Positions 15,921 through 24,971 of a stretch of DNA of 38,492 bases are shown here, piece by piece; within the stretch, counting starts at the first letter, position 1, and each line of letters starts with the position of its first letter. Below the pieces are notes generated by a model, which was not told where the DNA came from, did no database searches, and was given only the letters and a program-made list of their open reading frames with translations. The DNA lies in IMG/VR virus record IMGVR_UViG_3300025215_000002, positions 1 through 38,492 of that record; one strand, written 5' to 3'. Source of the stretch: a virus. Its lineage: Duplodnaviria > Caudoviricetes. A program made the position numbers and the translations under genes.

Positions 15921-16166
15921 ATGAATAAGTACGAATACAAGCAGCGCATAGATAACGTGATAAAGTTTATCGTAATAGCTCATGGCGGCGAAATTAATCA
16001 AGGTGATGAAATTATAGCGGAGCGTCAACTTTCTGAAGCTATCGGTATTGATAGGCAGCCACTAAGAGAGGCTATGGTTGTTCTTCAGTATAACGGATTC
16101 ATCGAGTGCAGGTGGGGAAGGAAAAAGTTAGCGCTGAAATCAATACCATTAGAATTTAAGGGTTAA
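15921..16166 (+). CDS. GntR/FadR-type winged-helix DNA-binding protein, DNA-binding domain only (81 aa)
   Basis: G..I.AERQLSEAIGIDRQPLREA...L...GFI....G matches the GntR signature. Confidence 0.8.
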   Translation: MNKYEYKQRIDNVIKFIVIAHGGEINQGDEIIAERQLSEAIGIDRQPLREAMVVLQYNGFIECRWGRKKLALKSIPLEFKG

Positions 16167-16167
16167 T

Positions 16168-16344
16168 ATGAGCCAGTACAGATTTTCAGAAAACAAAGAG
16201 TATAACGCTAAGGTGATACGTGAAATGCTTAGTTACCTAAAGACCACTTTTCATGTTATGCACCTTTGTGATAATACTTATTTGATAGATGCAGAAGCAA
16301 TAAAGCAATTCGCCGATAAGGTTGAAAACGGCGATATAATCTAA
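16168..16344 (+). CDS. Hypothetical protein (58 aa, MSQYRFSENKEY...)
   Basis: Starts 1 nt after the GntR stop. Confidence 0.6.
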   Translation: MSQYRFSENKEYNAKVIREMLSYLKTTFHVMHLCDNTYLIDAEAIKQFADKVENGDII

Positions 16345-16377
16345 CGAGCATCCGCGCAGTAGCTCACAGGAGGTGAC

Positions 16378-16473
16378 ATGAATAGACGTATAACAGACAT
16401 GACAAAGACGGAAATTATTTTCTGTGCGGTATTTGTTTTACATGTGATTGGCTCATTGGCTGGTCTGATTTAA
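16378..16473 (+). CDS. Small membrane peptide (31 aa)
   Basis: Strong AGGAGG RBS, hydrophobic C-terminal half. Confidence 0.55.
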   Translation: MNRRITDMTKTEIIFCAVFVLHVIGSLAGLI

Positions 16474-16690
16474 GTTTCACGCCGCCTAGATACGACAATT
16501 CTGTCATAATCGGTTTGTTTAACATGGTCTTTGTTTAGGCGGTTTCTTTTTAGCACTGGTTGCGGATTTCTTTTAACCTAAATCTTAATGATTAATGCGC
16601 ACACGGCTTCGCATCAATAAGTTACTTAATTTGCTTGTTGTTTGATGTATTGCCTTTGCCGCAACCAGTTTTTTATTTTTGGAGATTGAT

Positions 16691-16903
16691 ATGAGTAAAT
16701 GGATTAGTGTCGAGGATAAATTGCCAGATGAAGCAAGGCCGGAAGTTTTATTTTTCGTTTCAGAGCTCAATCAAATTGAGCTTGGTAAATTTAACGAGAC
16801 AACTGGGAAATGGATTGTGCCGTACAGTGATGTTTACTATCAAAATGGTTTTAACTGGGTAACCCACTGGATGCCACTACCTGCACCACCTAAAGGAGAA
16901 TAG
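16691..16903 (+). CDS. DUF551-domain protein
   Basis: MSKWISVEDKLP...VTHWMPLPAPPK. Confidence 0.85.
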   Translation: MSKWISVEDKLPDEARPEVLFFVSELNQIELGKFNETTGKWIVPYSDVYYQNGFNWVTHWMPLPAPPKGE

Positions 16904-16904
16904 C

Positions 16905-17045
16905 ATGCACTCGATAGTAACACGTTTCAGGTTTGGCGATAGCGTACAAGATATAGCGGATGAATTGAAATTAACCGTTAAAGAGGTTTTAGCGGTTTTG
17001 CGTGAGAAAGAATCTGAGTGGAATATACACAAGCCCCGCAAATAG
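16905..17045 (+). CDS. Small HTH protein (46 aa, MHSIVTRFRFGDSVQDIADELKLTVKEV...)
   Basis: AAGGAG RBS; HTH/DUF433-like pattern. Confidence 0.55.
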   Translation: MHSIVTRFRFGDSVQDIADELKLTVKEVLAVLREKESEWNIHKPRK

Positions 17046-17059
17046 CGGGGTTATTTTTT
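17031..17059. terminator. Terminator between convergent operons
   Basis: GCCCCGC-AAATA-GCGGGGT hairpin followed by a T-rich tract. Confidence 0.8.
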
Positions 17060-17488
17060 ACTGCCGCTAAACTTAGCCATGGCAGACTTTGCAACATCAC
17101 CCATGTATGGGGCCGCAAAATAGAACCCAAGAATCATCATTACAGCCGGATTTAGGTCTTTAGCATAACCGAATATCATGTCGCTTGATTTAATCCATCT
17201 GTCAGGCTCAGAAACCCACACAGAGATAACGCTTCCGATAGATGCGATAACATACATACCAAGCCATGTTAGCGTGATAGATAGAGATATAAGCCGTCTA
17301 GCAAGGTTTTGACCGCTAGTAGCTGCCATCCATTGAACAACCATTTGCCTTGCTTCTGACCTATCCGCCTTTGCATCATCTGCCTTTTCTTCGTCAGAGT
17401 AGTAAAGTTTATCCAATCCAGCAGATACGGTGTCGATTGTTTTTTCTATGGCGGTATCAGTGCCGAATAGCTTACCCCAGAAGCTCAT
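17051..17488 (-). CDS. Putative holin (3TM/GTA-holin-like)
   Basis: MSFWGKLFG...D....T/SDEEKA N-terminus, TM helices, ILGFYF motif; next to the endolysin. Confidence 0.65.
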   Translation of the reverse strand: MSFWGKLFGTDTAIEKTIDTVSAGLDKLYYSDEEKADDAKADRSEARQMVVQWMAATSGQNLARRLISLSITLTWLGMYVIASIGSVISVWVSEPDRWIKSSDMIFGYAKDLNPAVMMILGFYFAAPYMGDVAKSAMAKFSGSKK

Positions 17489-17538
17489 ATATCATTCCAG
17501 CCATCAGTTAAACCAAAACCCCAATCTTCTTCGTTCAT
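17485..17538 (-). CDS. 17-aa peptide MNEEDWGFGLTDGWNDI
   Basis: ATGA overlaps with both the endolysin stop and the holin start; GGAGG RBS. Confidence 0.5.
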   Translation of the reverse strand: MNEEDWGFGLTDGWNDI

Positions 17539-18059
17539 GTTTCGCCCTCCAAATAATCAGCCTCTTTATTGCGCCTTGTCGGGTATCTATCTCCGAAGTT
17601 TCGCAAATTCTTTATTGCTGCATCCCAATCACCACTAGTGACTTGAAGCCAGAAATTAGGCGTTCTGCTCGGTAAGTGCCCGTACTGAAACGACACACTA
17701 GCCACAACTGTTTGCTTCCTATCGCTTAACTCATTGAAAGGTGTTTCACCATCCCACATATCAATAAGCCTTTCTTCTGCCTCTTGGTGGGCGAATTTAT
17801 TAACTTTGGCGCATTCTTCGTCTGATAGAGTTAAGGAGCATGATTCAAGCTTTGCTTGTGCATACGCACCTTTAATGCCTAGGTAAGGTGTGAATTTATC
17901 AATAATGGGTTTAGGCAGCCCTATTAAGTCGCTCAATCTCCTTGCGCCAAGGTCAAAGCCTGACGCGATGGTAACGCCTGAGTTTGAATGTTCGGGGTCT
18001 GGTACGTAGCCTTTATTGCTATTACCCTCTAGCTTTTGTATGAAGGCGTAGTCAATCAT
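17535..18059 (-). CDS. Endolysin, pesticin C-terminal-like muramidase
   Basis: IDY.FI..LEG....GYVP.....SGVTIASGFDLG, TVVASV.FQYG, RRNKEADYL. Confidence 0.85.
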   Translation of the reverse strand: MIDYAFIQKLEGNSNKGYVPDPEHSNSGVTIASGFDLGARRLSDLIGLPKPIIDKFTPYLGIKGAYAQAKLESCSLTLSDEECAKVNKFAHQEAEERLIDMWDGETPFNELSDRKQTVVASVSFQYGHLPSRTPNFWLQVTSGDWDAAIKNLRNFGDRYPTRRNKEADYLEGET

Positions 18060-18392
18060 CTAACCCCCATAACTCTTAAAAGCCCCATAGAGAACCACAG
18101 AGACTACAACACCAACAGCCGCCTTAATCACCCAATCAACAAGCTTTCGCTCTGCCACAGCGCCAGCGTGAGCAGCTTCGAGCGCATTTATACGTTTAGA
18201 GTGATTGTTTAATCTGTTCTCGCAGTCGTCAATGCGTCGAGTCATATTTTCGTCGTGAACTTCACGTCTAGCTATAACTGTTACTAAGTCACCTATCTTT
18301 TGTGATAGGTTTCTCAATTCGCCGTTTGTATCGGCTTGTTGATTCTCTAGCTTCTCGACCATTTTGAATAACTGCTCAGTCTCGTTGCTCAT
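18060..18392 (-). CDS. Coiled-coil protein with a C-terminal TM helix (lysis-associated)
   Basis: Composition and position. Confidence 0.75.
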   Translation of the reverse strand: MSNETEQLFKMVEKLENQQADTNGELRNLSQKIGDLVTVIARREVHDENMTRRIDDCENRLNNHSKRINALEAAHAGAVAERKLVDWVIKAAVGVVVSVVLYGAFKSYGG

Positions 18393-18877
18393 TTAAAGCC
18401 CTCCTTGCCTTCCGTCCTTTTACTGCAATAACGATTAAGCTGAATATATAGCATGTTAGTAAATACCCTGAAAGAATTATGCCAGCAATTAGCCACGGCG
18501 GTATTAAACTTTGGGATAGATACGCACATAAGAGCAATATGCAGTATAAGGATAATACTTTCATGATTGTGCCAAAGCCATGTTTGTGTTTCATAATTTG
18601 CAATTGTATCAAGGGCATAAGCGAGACTGTATAGCGCAATAGTAGAACAAGCAACCGCTGGAAGTATTAAAGAATGCTTTAAGTGGTAATAAGCTATTGT
18701 AAGGTATAGAGCCATGAAGAAGAAAAAGGATGTGTATATCTCCTTGTGGGTAACTTCTTCACTGTATGTGAATTGCAACATTACTACGATTAGGAATGCA
18801 AAAAAGCAGGTTAACGAATACCTGCTTCTTGCGATTATTGCGGTTACTATATACAGCAAAAGTATGCAGAGATTCAT
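18389..18877 (-). CDS. Multi-pass membrane protein (162 aa)
   Basis: 4-5 hydrophobic segments. Confidence 0.75.
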   Translation of the reverse strand: MNLCILLLYIVTAIIARSRYSLTCFFAFLIVVMLQFTYSEEVTHKEIYTSFFFFMALYLTIAYYHLKHSLILPAVACSTIALYSLAYALDTIANYETQTWLWHNHESIILILHIALMCVSIPKFNTAVANCWHNSFRVFTNMLYIQLNRYCSKRTEGKEGFK

Positions 18878-18880
18878 GCA

Positions 18881-18937
18881 TCACTTCTTGGGTGTTGTAC
18901 CAGTTTTACCGCGTGTACCTTTTTTAGCGCCTGCCAT
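18881..18937 (-). CDS. 18-aa cationic peptide MAGAKKGTRGKTGTTPKK
   Basis: GAGGG RBS; ends 3 nt before the membrane-protein start. Confidence 0.45.
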   Translation of the reverse strand: MAGAKKGTRGKTGTTPKK

Positions 18938-18982
18938 TGTGTTGCCCTCATTTTCATAAAAGTCACTAAATGCTAACACAAT

Positions 18983-19005
18983 AAAAAGCCCCAATAAAGG
19001 GGCTT
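18983..19005 (-). terminator. Terminator after the tailspike gene
   Basis: AAGCCCC-TTTATT-GGGGCTT hairpin followed by a T run. Confidence 0.8.
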
Positions 19006-19009
19006 GTTT

Positions 19010-21124
19010 TTAAGCTAATATTGTTTGCTTAGTATTCCATACGCCAGCTTCGCGCTTTTGTATCACTAGTGACGTACCACTAATGGAAAAGCGCCAGCTT
19101 CCGTCTACATCTTCTTCACCCATGTAAAGACCGTTGAAGCTTGGCAATTCAAGCCCAGCGCTGGAAACTTTAGCTTTAGTGGTAAACCCTTCTGCCTTTA
19201 TCTCTACTGAGCCGCCGGTAATATTTGTGCCAAGTATGTACGTAAGCGTTGCTGGGTTAAACATTGAATATGCGCTACCAGAAGCGTTCCCGCCTGGGTG
19301 GTAGTGAATGTGCCCGCTCTGACCAGTCGAGATAAATGCGTGATAACTTGCGCCATCTTTTTCAGTCACCCTTACAGCACTGCTATCAATGGATGGCGTG
19401 TAGGCTGGGATAATGGTGTTTGCCACATAATCCATAACTGACGCAGTAAAAACGTTACCATCGCGCTTAGCGCCTACTTTCTGACGGTCAACAAAGTTAC
19501 GCTGTGTACCAGTCGTAGTGCCCGTCATTGTGTTGTTTCTGAATGTGCATTTATCACTATCAGAAAGCGCATTAGCTTGAGTGATATTACTTGCACAGTT
19601 ATGGAAAATGTTGTCAGTGATATGAATCCCAAGTGGTGGGTCGATAACCTCTTGGATTATACCTTTAGCGCCTTTTACGATGTTGTTCGATACCATCAAA
19701 AACTCGTCTGACTCACCACCAGTAGATGGCCCAAAATACCCAAGCATATACTCAGTCAAGCTTTCCATGATGTTGTCTGAAACTACAAGGTTTCCAGCGT
19801 TCCAGCTAAATGTTACTGCGCCCTCTGAATGCCCAACAGCCGCATTTGTTGCAAGCCCAACACGCTTAACAGTATTTCGTGTAAACCACGCAAAGCCAGC
19901 CTCGCTCAAAGTATCGTCACTTACAGAGGTGTGATAACAACTACCGCCAACGTCTTCAAAAACGCAATCCTGAATAGTTACGCCATGACCAACAAATGTT
20001 TCTGAGGTAATGTTTTTAAAATTAACCTTTTCAATAACTCCGCCATTGCTATGCAGCAAAATCTCTGGGATAAAACGCCAACTAACATTTAACTGGTTCG
20101 CTCGGTTTCCGTCTATTGTGCCGTTTGCGATAAATATTCTGCGGTTATTGCCTGCGGTTAGTGGATAAGCTGTACTGTCCGCTGAAGATGGTCTTCCAGC
20201 GAAAGCTGAAAAAGCCTTGGCGATAGTTGTGCCTACTGGCAATGTCGCTTTAGCCGGTGAAAACTCAAATGCCGCCGTTATACTGATATCATTGCCAGAT
20301 ATGGCGGTTATGCGCCTTCTGTTTCTGCTTGTGTCTTCATCGTTTGCACTTGTGAACACTGTTATAAACTCGCCAACCTTCCAGTTTGCAGGCACTGAAT
20401 CAACGGTGAATGTCGTGCCGCCTGCGACTGTCAAGCTAGAAGAAAGTTGAGTTGAGGTCTCTGAGCCATTGACGCGCCTCAATGTTGCGCCGTTGAGGTC
20501 AATTAGTAGGTTATTAATGTTTTTAATGCTGTGCTCGGCATTATAGTTGTATGTTTTGCCTTGCTCGAAAACGAGCTTAACACCAGAATATGAAAGTGTA
20601 TCAATGTAGTCTAGCGCCGCCTGAATGGTTTCACTATCAGAGTATGCAGGAAGTCTAAACGATTCTACGAAAACGGATTTCCAGTTTCTAACTAAATCGT
20701 TAATTTCAACACCGCCAATCAATACCGTGCTGTTAGGGTCTGCCAGCTGCGACCTAAGCGTACCATCTGAGACATTCAGCCAAGCACCAACACCAGTCGG
20801 AGTTGGGCTTGAGCCAGCGTTAACAGTAAACGGCAGTGCGCCGTCATAGCGCCAGTAATCCGCGCCATCGGAAAACACTTCGTTTTTAGCCTCAACTGTG
20901 CCGCCAGTGGTAAAATCGCCTTTAGGTATAAAGCCGCTATTAGCAAGCGCCTGTTCAGCTGCTGCAAGATTACCTGCAATATCCTGCGCTTGCAATGGAA
21001 TCGGTCTAATCTGTTGACCAACCCTGTTTGTGTATGGCGAGGTTGAATTGGAATAGCGCGTTGCGTCTTCTACGTCGCGCTTTAGGTCGTCAAATTGGTC
21101 GCTTGGTACGTTTGTAGTAGTCAC
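19010..21124 (-). CDS. Tailspike / receptor-binding protein with a right-handed beta-helix (putative depolymerase)
   Basis: N-terminal G.F..G.T......V.......WRYDGALP module, ETIQAALD, NGTIDGNRANQ, repeated V.NN/DN rungs. Confidence 0.8.
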   Translation of the reverse strand: MTTTNVPSDQFDDLKRDVEDATRYSNSTSPYTNRVGQQIRPIPLQAQDIAGNLAAAEQALANSGFIPKGDFTTGGTVEAKNEVFSDGADYWRYDGALPFTVNAGSSPTPTGVGAWLNVSDGTLRSQLADPNSTVLIGGVEINDLVRNWKSVFVESFRLPAYSDSETIQAALDYIDTLSYSGVKLVFEQGKTYNYNAEHSIKNINNLLIDLNGATLRRVNGSETSTQLSSSLTVAGGTTFTVDSVPANWKVGEFITVFTSANDEDTSRNRRRITAISGNDISITAAFEFSPAKATLPVGTTIAKAFSAFAGRPSSADSTAYPLTAGNNRRIFIANGTIDGNRANQLNVSWRFIPEILLHSNGGVIEKVNFKNITSETFVGHGVTIQDCVFEDVGGSCYHTSVSDDTLSEAGFAWFTRNTVKRVGLATNAAVGHSEGAVTFSWNAGNLVVSDNIMESLTEYMLGYFGPSTGGESDEFLMVSNNIVKGAKGIIQEVIDPPLGIHITDNIFHNCASNITQANALSDSDKCTFRNNTMTGTTTGTQRNFVDRQKVGAKRDGNVFTASVMDYVANTIIPAYTPSIDSSAVRVTEKDGASYHAFISTGQSGHIHYHPGGNASGSAYSMFNPATLTYILGTNITGGSVEIKAEGFTTKAKVSSAGLELPSFNGLYMGEEDVDGSWRFSISGTSLVIQKREAGVWNTKQTILA

Positions 21125-21125
21125 G

Positions 21126-21599
21126 CTATACCTCTGGCATTATGTTGTTAACTATAATTTGGAGTAGGTCTTGGTTGCCCAATGTAGGCAGCCCAACCAG
21201 TAAATCGTCGGTTGATGTGTCTATAATTTCGTTTCTAACCTCAATCTGTGCCGTGTAGCTATGCGTTAGCGCATTAACGCCTTGCAGTTGAGGTGTACCG
21301 CCTTGGGTGAATCTAACCTCTTGCATGGCGTATCCGTTTTCGTTATACACCATCATGTTAAATTCAGCGCCAAACAAAACATCTTTATTTAACCTAATCC
21401 ACGCTTGAAACGCTCTAGCCTCTCTAGGTTGAAATAAAAACGATACGTTAAATGTGCGCGGCAAATCTTCCGTCTCAATAACATAAAAAGCAGGGCCGCT
21501 TGCAGGGTCGGAAGTAACAAAGCCCTCATCAACAACTCTACTGAAAGTGCTTTGCTGAGGCCTATTAAGGTATTCAGGGAAATCTATATCAGCCATCAA
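21126..21599 (-). CDS. Minor tail / distal tail-like protein
   Basis: IDFP..L..P...F...D..SGP...FNVSF......F.AW......G..F pattern. Confidence 0.6.
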   Translation of the reverse strand: MMADIDFPEYLNRPQQSTFSRVVDEGFVTSDPASGPAFYVIETEDLPRTFNVSFLFQPREARAFQAWIRLNKDVLFGAEFNMMVYNENGYAMQEVRFTQGGTPQLQGVNALTHSYTAQIEVRNEIIDTSTDDLLVGLPTLGNQDLLQIIVNNIMPEV

Positions 21600-24070
21600 T
21601 CCGCCTCAAACATTAATTCATTGTACTCTGCAAGTTCAATTGAGCATTCGCCTTGCTCGTTTGGCCTTCCTCGCGCTATTGCTATGTAGCTCTGAGCATC
21701 TAAATCTTCCGCACTGGCTATGACGTAACGGCTGCCGCTCTGAATCGTGCCGCCTGCTAAGTATACGCCACTCAGACCTGCCGCCTCAAATCCGTAAATG
21801 TTGCCATCACTTCGAGGTGTAGCTACCACACTGTTACTAATATTACCATTAACATCGGTAACATACACGTAGTAAGTAACGCCGCCAATAGGATCAAACC
21901 TCTCCGATGTAGTATAAGTGTTTCCATTTACCGCTAAAATCTCTCCGTCAAATGTATCACCATCAAAAATATCCACATAATCCACGCGCTCACCGATTTG
22001 CATTTCTAGCGCATCCATTAGCGCTGTATCTGTCACTTTGGCACTTTGATAAATCAGCCTGCGCACTTCAAGCTCAGCTCTATTCGTTGCTTGCAACACA
22101 TTGCGACAACCGACGGTCATGTTGAATTCGAGGCTATTTATTCCTTCTTCATCAACTATTGCGCCCGTCGCATCAATAGAGCGGTAAACCTGCGCTTCTG
22201 AGTTAGTGTCAGGGTCAACATAGCGAATAGTCACGCCATCATAGTCAGATGGTCTTCTAAAGCTCTGCGTGAATCTGTGTGCGCGTGAGGCGCTAAGGTT
22301 TCTACGGTTAAACATCATGCTAGAAATAGGCTTAGCTTCTTCGCGCACAAAAAACCATTTAATCCCAACATTCCAATAACGTACTCGCGCAGTGTTGCAG
22401 ATGATTTCCATCCGATCGCGCAAAGACATATTCTTATCGTCAAAAGTGGCATCGAAATAGCCTAACTCGTCATCACTTAGCGTGTCGTAAATTTCCCATA
22501 GTGACTCATCTATGTCTTCAATAGCAACGCCCGACACTTCATGCAGCAAGTAGAAAGCGTAATCACAGAATCTCCTTGTTTCTTCGTATGTTGCTCCGTA
22601 TGTGTTGGTTGTGTGGTCGTATATGCGAAGCTTGCGCGTAACCAAGCAGTTTAGCTTGTCAGACTGCCCGCGACTCACTCTTGCGTTGCTGCTTCGCGTA
22701 ACATCAATCAGCGTAACGTCGCCAAAATCAGCAGTATAAGGCGTTATTGATTTAACAGCCTCCATAGTTACTAGGTCAATCGCATTGTCACCCAACGAGT
22801 TGGTTATGCGGTCAATCTTGGCTCTAAACCTACCGATACCAATACCGTCATCCTGCGTTAGCTTAAATGTCTGGTAAAGCGCACTACGAGTGTTACCAGC
22901 AAATACGCAGCCTCTTTCGTATGTCGTGCCAGTTGGTGTACCGGTTGCGTCTAACTCCTCAATGGTCAGGGTAATGGTTATTGTCGTGCTACCGCCTGTG
23001 TCTGACTTAATACCGCTTGGCATTTTCAAGTCAAGCCATACTTCGGTTATCGCGTCACCTTCTAGCGTATACCATTTATCCTGTATGCCGCCGTTTGACT
23101 TGGTGATGTAGCCGTTTAGCCTGTCACCGCTAAAGCCGAACGTGTAATCCGTGGTAAAGCTTGTCGTACCAACTGATTGCACAATAGCTGTGGTTTCTAC
23201 GTATTGTTCCTGTGGTATCTCTGACGGCTGCCAGCTAAAAGCAAGCTCTACTGTGTCACCCACCTGCAAGCTCAGGTCATCCATTAGCGACTCGTTAAGA
23301 ACAATGGTTTGATTACTCACGTATGGCGCACCAACTCTACCAGATAAGAATACAGTAGCTTCATTATCATCAGGCGCGGGGATATCAACCTCTAAGCTGT
23401 TGCTGTTTGGCCGTATGTTTAAAAGATTTGGTGGCGATGTGTTATGGTAAACGGTGTACTCATTGCCCGTACTATCCGTTAACAGGTCATCTCCCACCTT
23501 TAAATCAGAGATTGTGTATTGACCTACGCCAACACAGAAAATCTCACGAAATACTCGGTCATTGCTCTGGTATTCGTAGTATGACAACTGTGCAAAGTCA
23601 GGATAGCTCACCACTTGACCTGCGATATCTGGTATTGCCTGTCGCGGCCTGTATGAGTTCTTAGCAGCGTTTAGCTGGTTGTTGGAGTTTCTACCTTCTC
23701 CGCTATCTTCTGTTAGTGATGTTGGGATAACAGGTTTAGGCGCAAGCGCGATTGAAATAGCCGCAGCAACAACGCCAAATGCTACCGCGATAGCTATTGA
23801 AAATGGGTCGATACCAGCAGGTCTAAGTGTAACCTTAACGACATCAAACAAACCCAATTCAACATCAATAGCTTCCTCATGCTGCTCAGGCTCACCCTCC
23901 CAAGTCTGCACGATAACTTTATCGTTTAGCGTTATTTGCGCATGCAGACCGCCGAAGTTGGTTTCTTCGTTTTCATTTAGCCAATCAAAGAGGTTTACTT
24001 GGTGCGATATTTCATAGCGCTCAATATCGTTAATTGCACTAGGGTCGCGCTGTATATAAATCTGAGCCAT
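21596..24070 (-). CDS. Tail tip / host-specificity (TipJ-like) protein
   Basis: N.L....N.YRP.QAIPDI.GQV.SYPD, C.GVG.Y, YDGV.I.YVDP.T, A..RA.LE.RRL. Confidence 0.8.
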   Translation of the reverse strand: MAQIYIQRDPSAINDIERYEISHQVNLFDWLNENEETNFGGLHAQITLNDKVIVQTWEGEPEQHEEAIDVELGLFDVVKVTLRPAGIDPFSIAIAVAFGVVAAAISIALAPKPVIPTSLTEDSGEGRNSNNQLNAAKNSYRPRQAIPDIAGQVVSYPDFAQLSYYEYQSNDRVFREIFCVGVGQYTISDLKVGDDLLTDSTGNEYTVYHNTSPPNLLNIRPNSNSLEVDIPAPDDNEATVFLSGRVGAPYVSNQTIVLNESLMDDLSLQVGDTVELAFSWQPSEIPQEQYVETTAIVQSVGTTSFTTDYTFGFSGDRLNGYITKSNGGIQDKWYTLEGDAITEVWLDLKMPSGIKSDTGGSTTITITLTIEELDATGTPTGTTYERGCVFAGNTRSALYQTFKLTQDDGIGIGRFRAKIDRITNSLGDNAIDLVTMEAVKSITPYTADFGDVTLIDVTRSSNARVSRGQSDKLNCLVTRKLRIYDHTTNTYGATYEETRRFCDYAFYLLHEVSGVAIEDIDESLWEIYDTLSDDELGYFDATFDDKNMSLRDRMEIICNTARVRYWNVGIKWFFVREEAKPISSMMFNRRNLSASRAHRFTQSFRRPSDYDGVTIRYVDPDTNSEAQVYRSIDATGAIVDEEGINSLEFNMTVGCRNVLQATNRAELEVRRLIYQSAKVTDTALMDALEMQIGERVDYVDIFDGDTFDGEILAVNGNTYTTSERFDPIGGVTYYVYVTDVNGNISNSVVATPRSDGNIYGFEAAGLSGVYLAGGTIQSGSRYVIASAEDLDAQSYIAIARGRPNEQGECSIELAEYNELMFEAD

Positions 24071-24477
24071 TATAAACGCCTAAAGAATTTAAGGTTTTCG
24101 TACTTGCGCTTGATTGCGCCAATCTTATTGGTCTGCACTTGACCACCTTCGCCGCGAGAATGCACAGCGTAAAGACCTGCCTTAGGTACGGCAAATATAC
24201 GCCCCACATGCACCATAGAGCCCTCATTATTGTAAACGCAAAACACAGCGCCATGCTCTGCTTCGCACTCCTGCCAATCGCCGCTTAATTCTTCCGCAGT
24301 GCCAGCGACTTCAATAGGCGCGCCCGACGCATAACCATCAACTTCATTAAGTGGGTTACCATCAATACGCGAAAAGCTATCGATAACCAAACCCCAACAG
24401 TCATAAGAGTCAGGGCCATCAGCGCGGTCTTCCCACGGCTTACCCACAACATCATTAATCCACGCAACCGCATTCAT
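24070..24477 (-). CDS. NlpC/P60-family tail assembly protein
   Basis: G.PW...A.GPDSYDCWGLV...HVG...VHS. Confidence 0.85.
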   Translation of the reverse strand: MNAVAWINDVVGKPWEDRADGPDSYDCWGLVIDSFSRIDGNPLNEVDGYASGAPIEVAGTAEELSGDWQECEAEHGAVFCVYNNEGSMVHVGRIFAVPKAGLYAVHSRGEGGQVQTNKIGAIKRKYENLKFFRRL

Positions 24478-24971
24478 AAACTCTCCTTTAACCCAGGGAA
24501 TCGGCTTGTTGTGTAAATCTGGCTAACGCCTTTGTTGCTTGGGTCGTCTTGCGTTGCCAGTATAGCCGCCCCGTTTGCTTGTAAAGCTATTGTAGCGACA
24601 TATAACTCTAAAACAAAATCAGGATTGGTTTCGCCTTTCACCCATTCGCGTATGATAACTTCGCCCGTTTTTGTCCTGTCAGCGCCTTTTATCTTCTTTA
24701 GCTCTTGTTTGAAGATTCTCCCCACCTGCCCGAATTGAATTTCAGCGCTAATCGTAGAGTCGCTTTGCTCCGGTAGCGTGTAGTCAAAAAACGCACCATC
24801 AAAACTCACTGATTGACCACCATTGCGTGGCGCATTAGATTCAAGCTTTAAATTAACAGGCTCTTGTTGCTTTCTAACGTATCGCTTGATGCCAATAGAT
24901 GGATGATATATTTCAACCGTGCGATAACGTAACTTGCGTTGCTTCTGCGCGAAGAATGCTCTACGTGTCAT
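24474..24971 (-). CDS. Minor tail protein (DUF1833/L-like)
   Basis: T.EIYHP.....RYV...Y...RFPGL. Confidence 0.75.
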   Translation of the reverse strand: MTRRAFFAQKQRKLRYRTVEIYHPSIGIKRYVRKQQEPVNLKLESNAPRNGGQSVSFDGAFFDYTLPEQSDSTISAEIQFGQVGRIFKQELKKIKGADRTKTGEVIIREWVKGETNPDFVLELYVATIALQANGAAILATQDDPSNKGVSQIYTTSRFPGLKESL

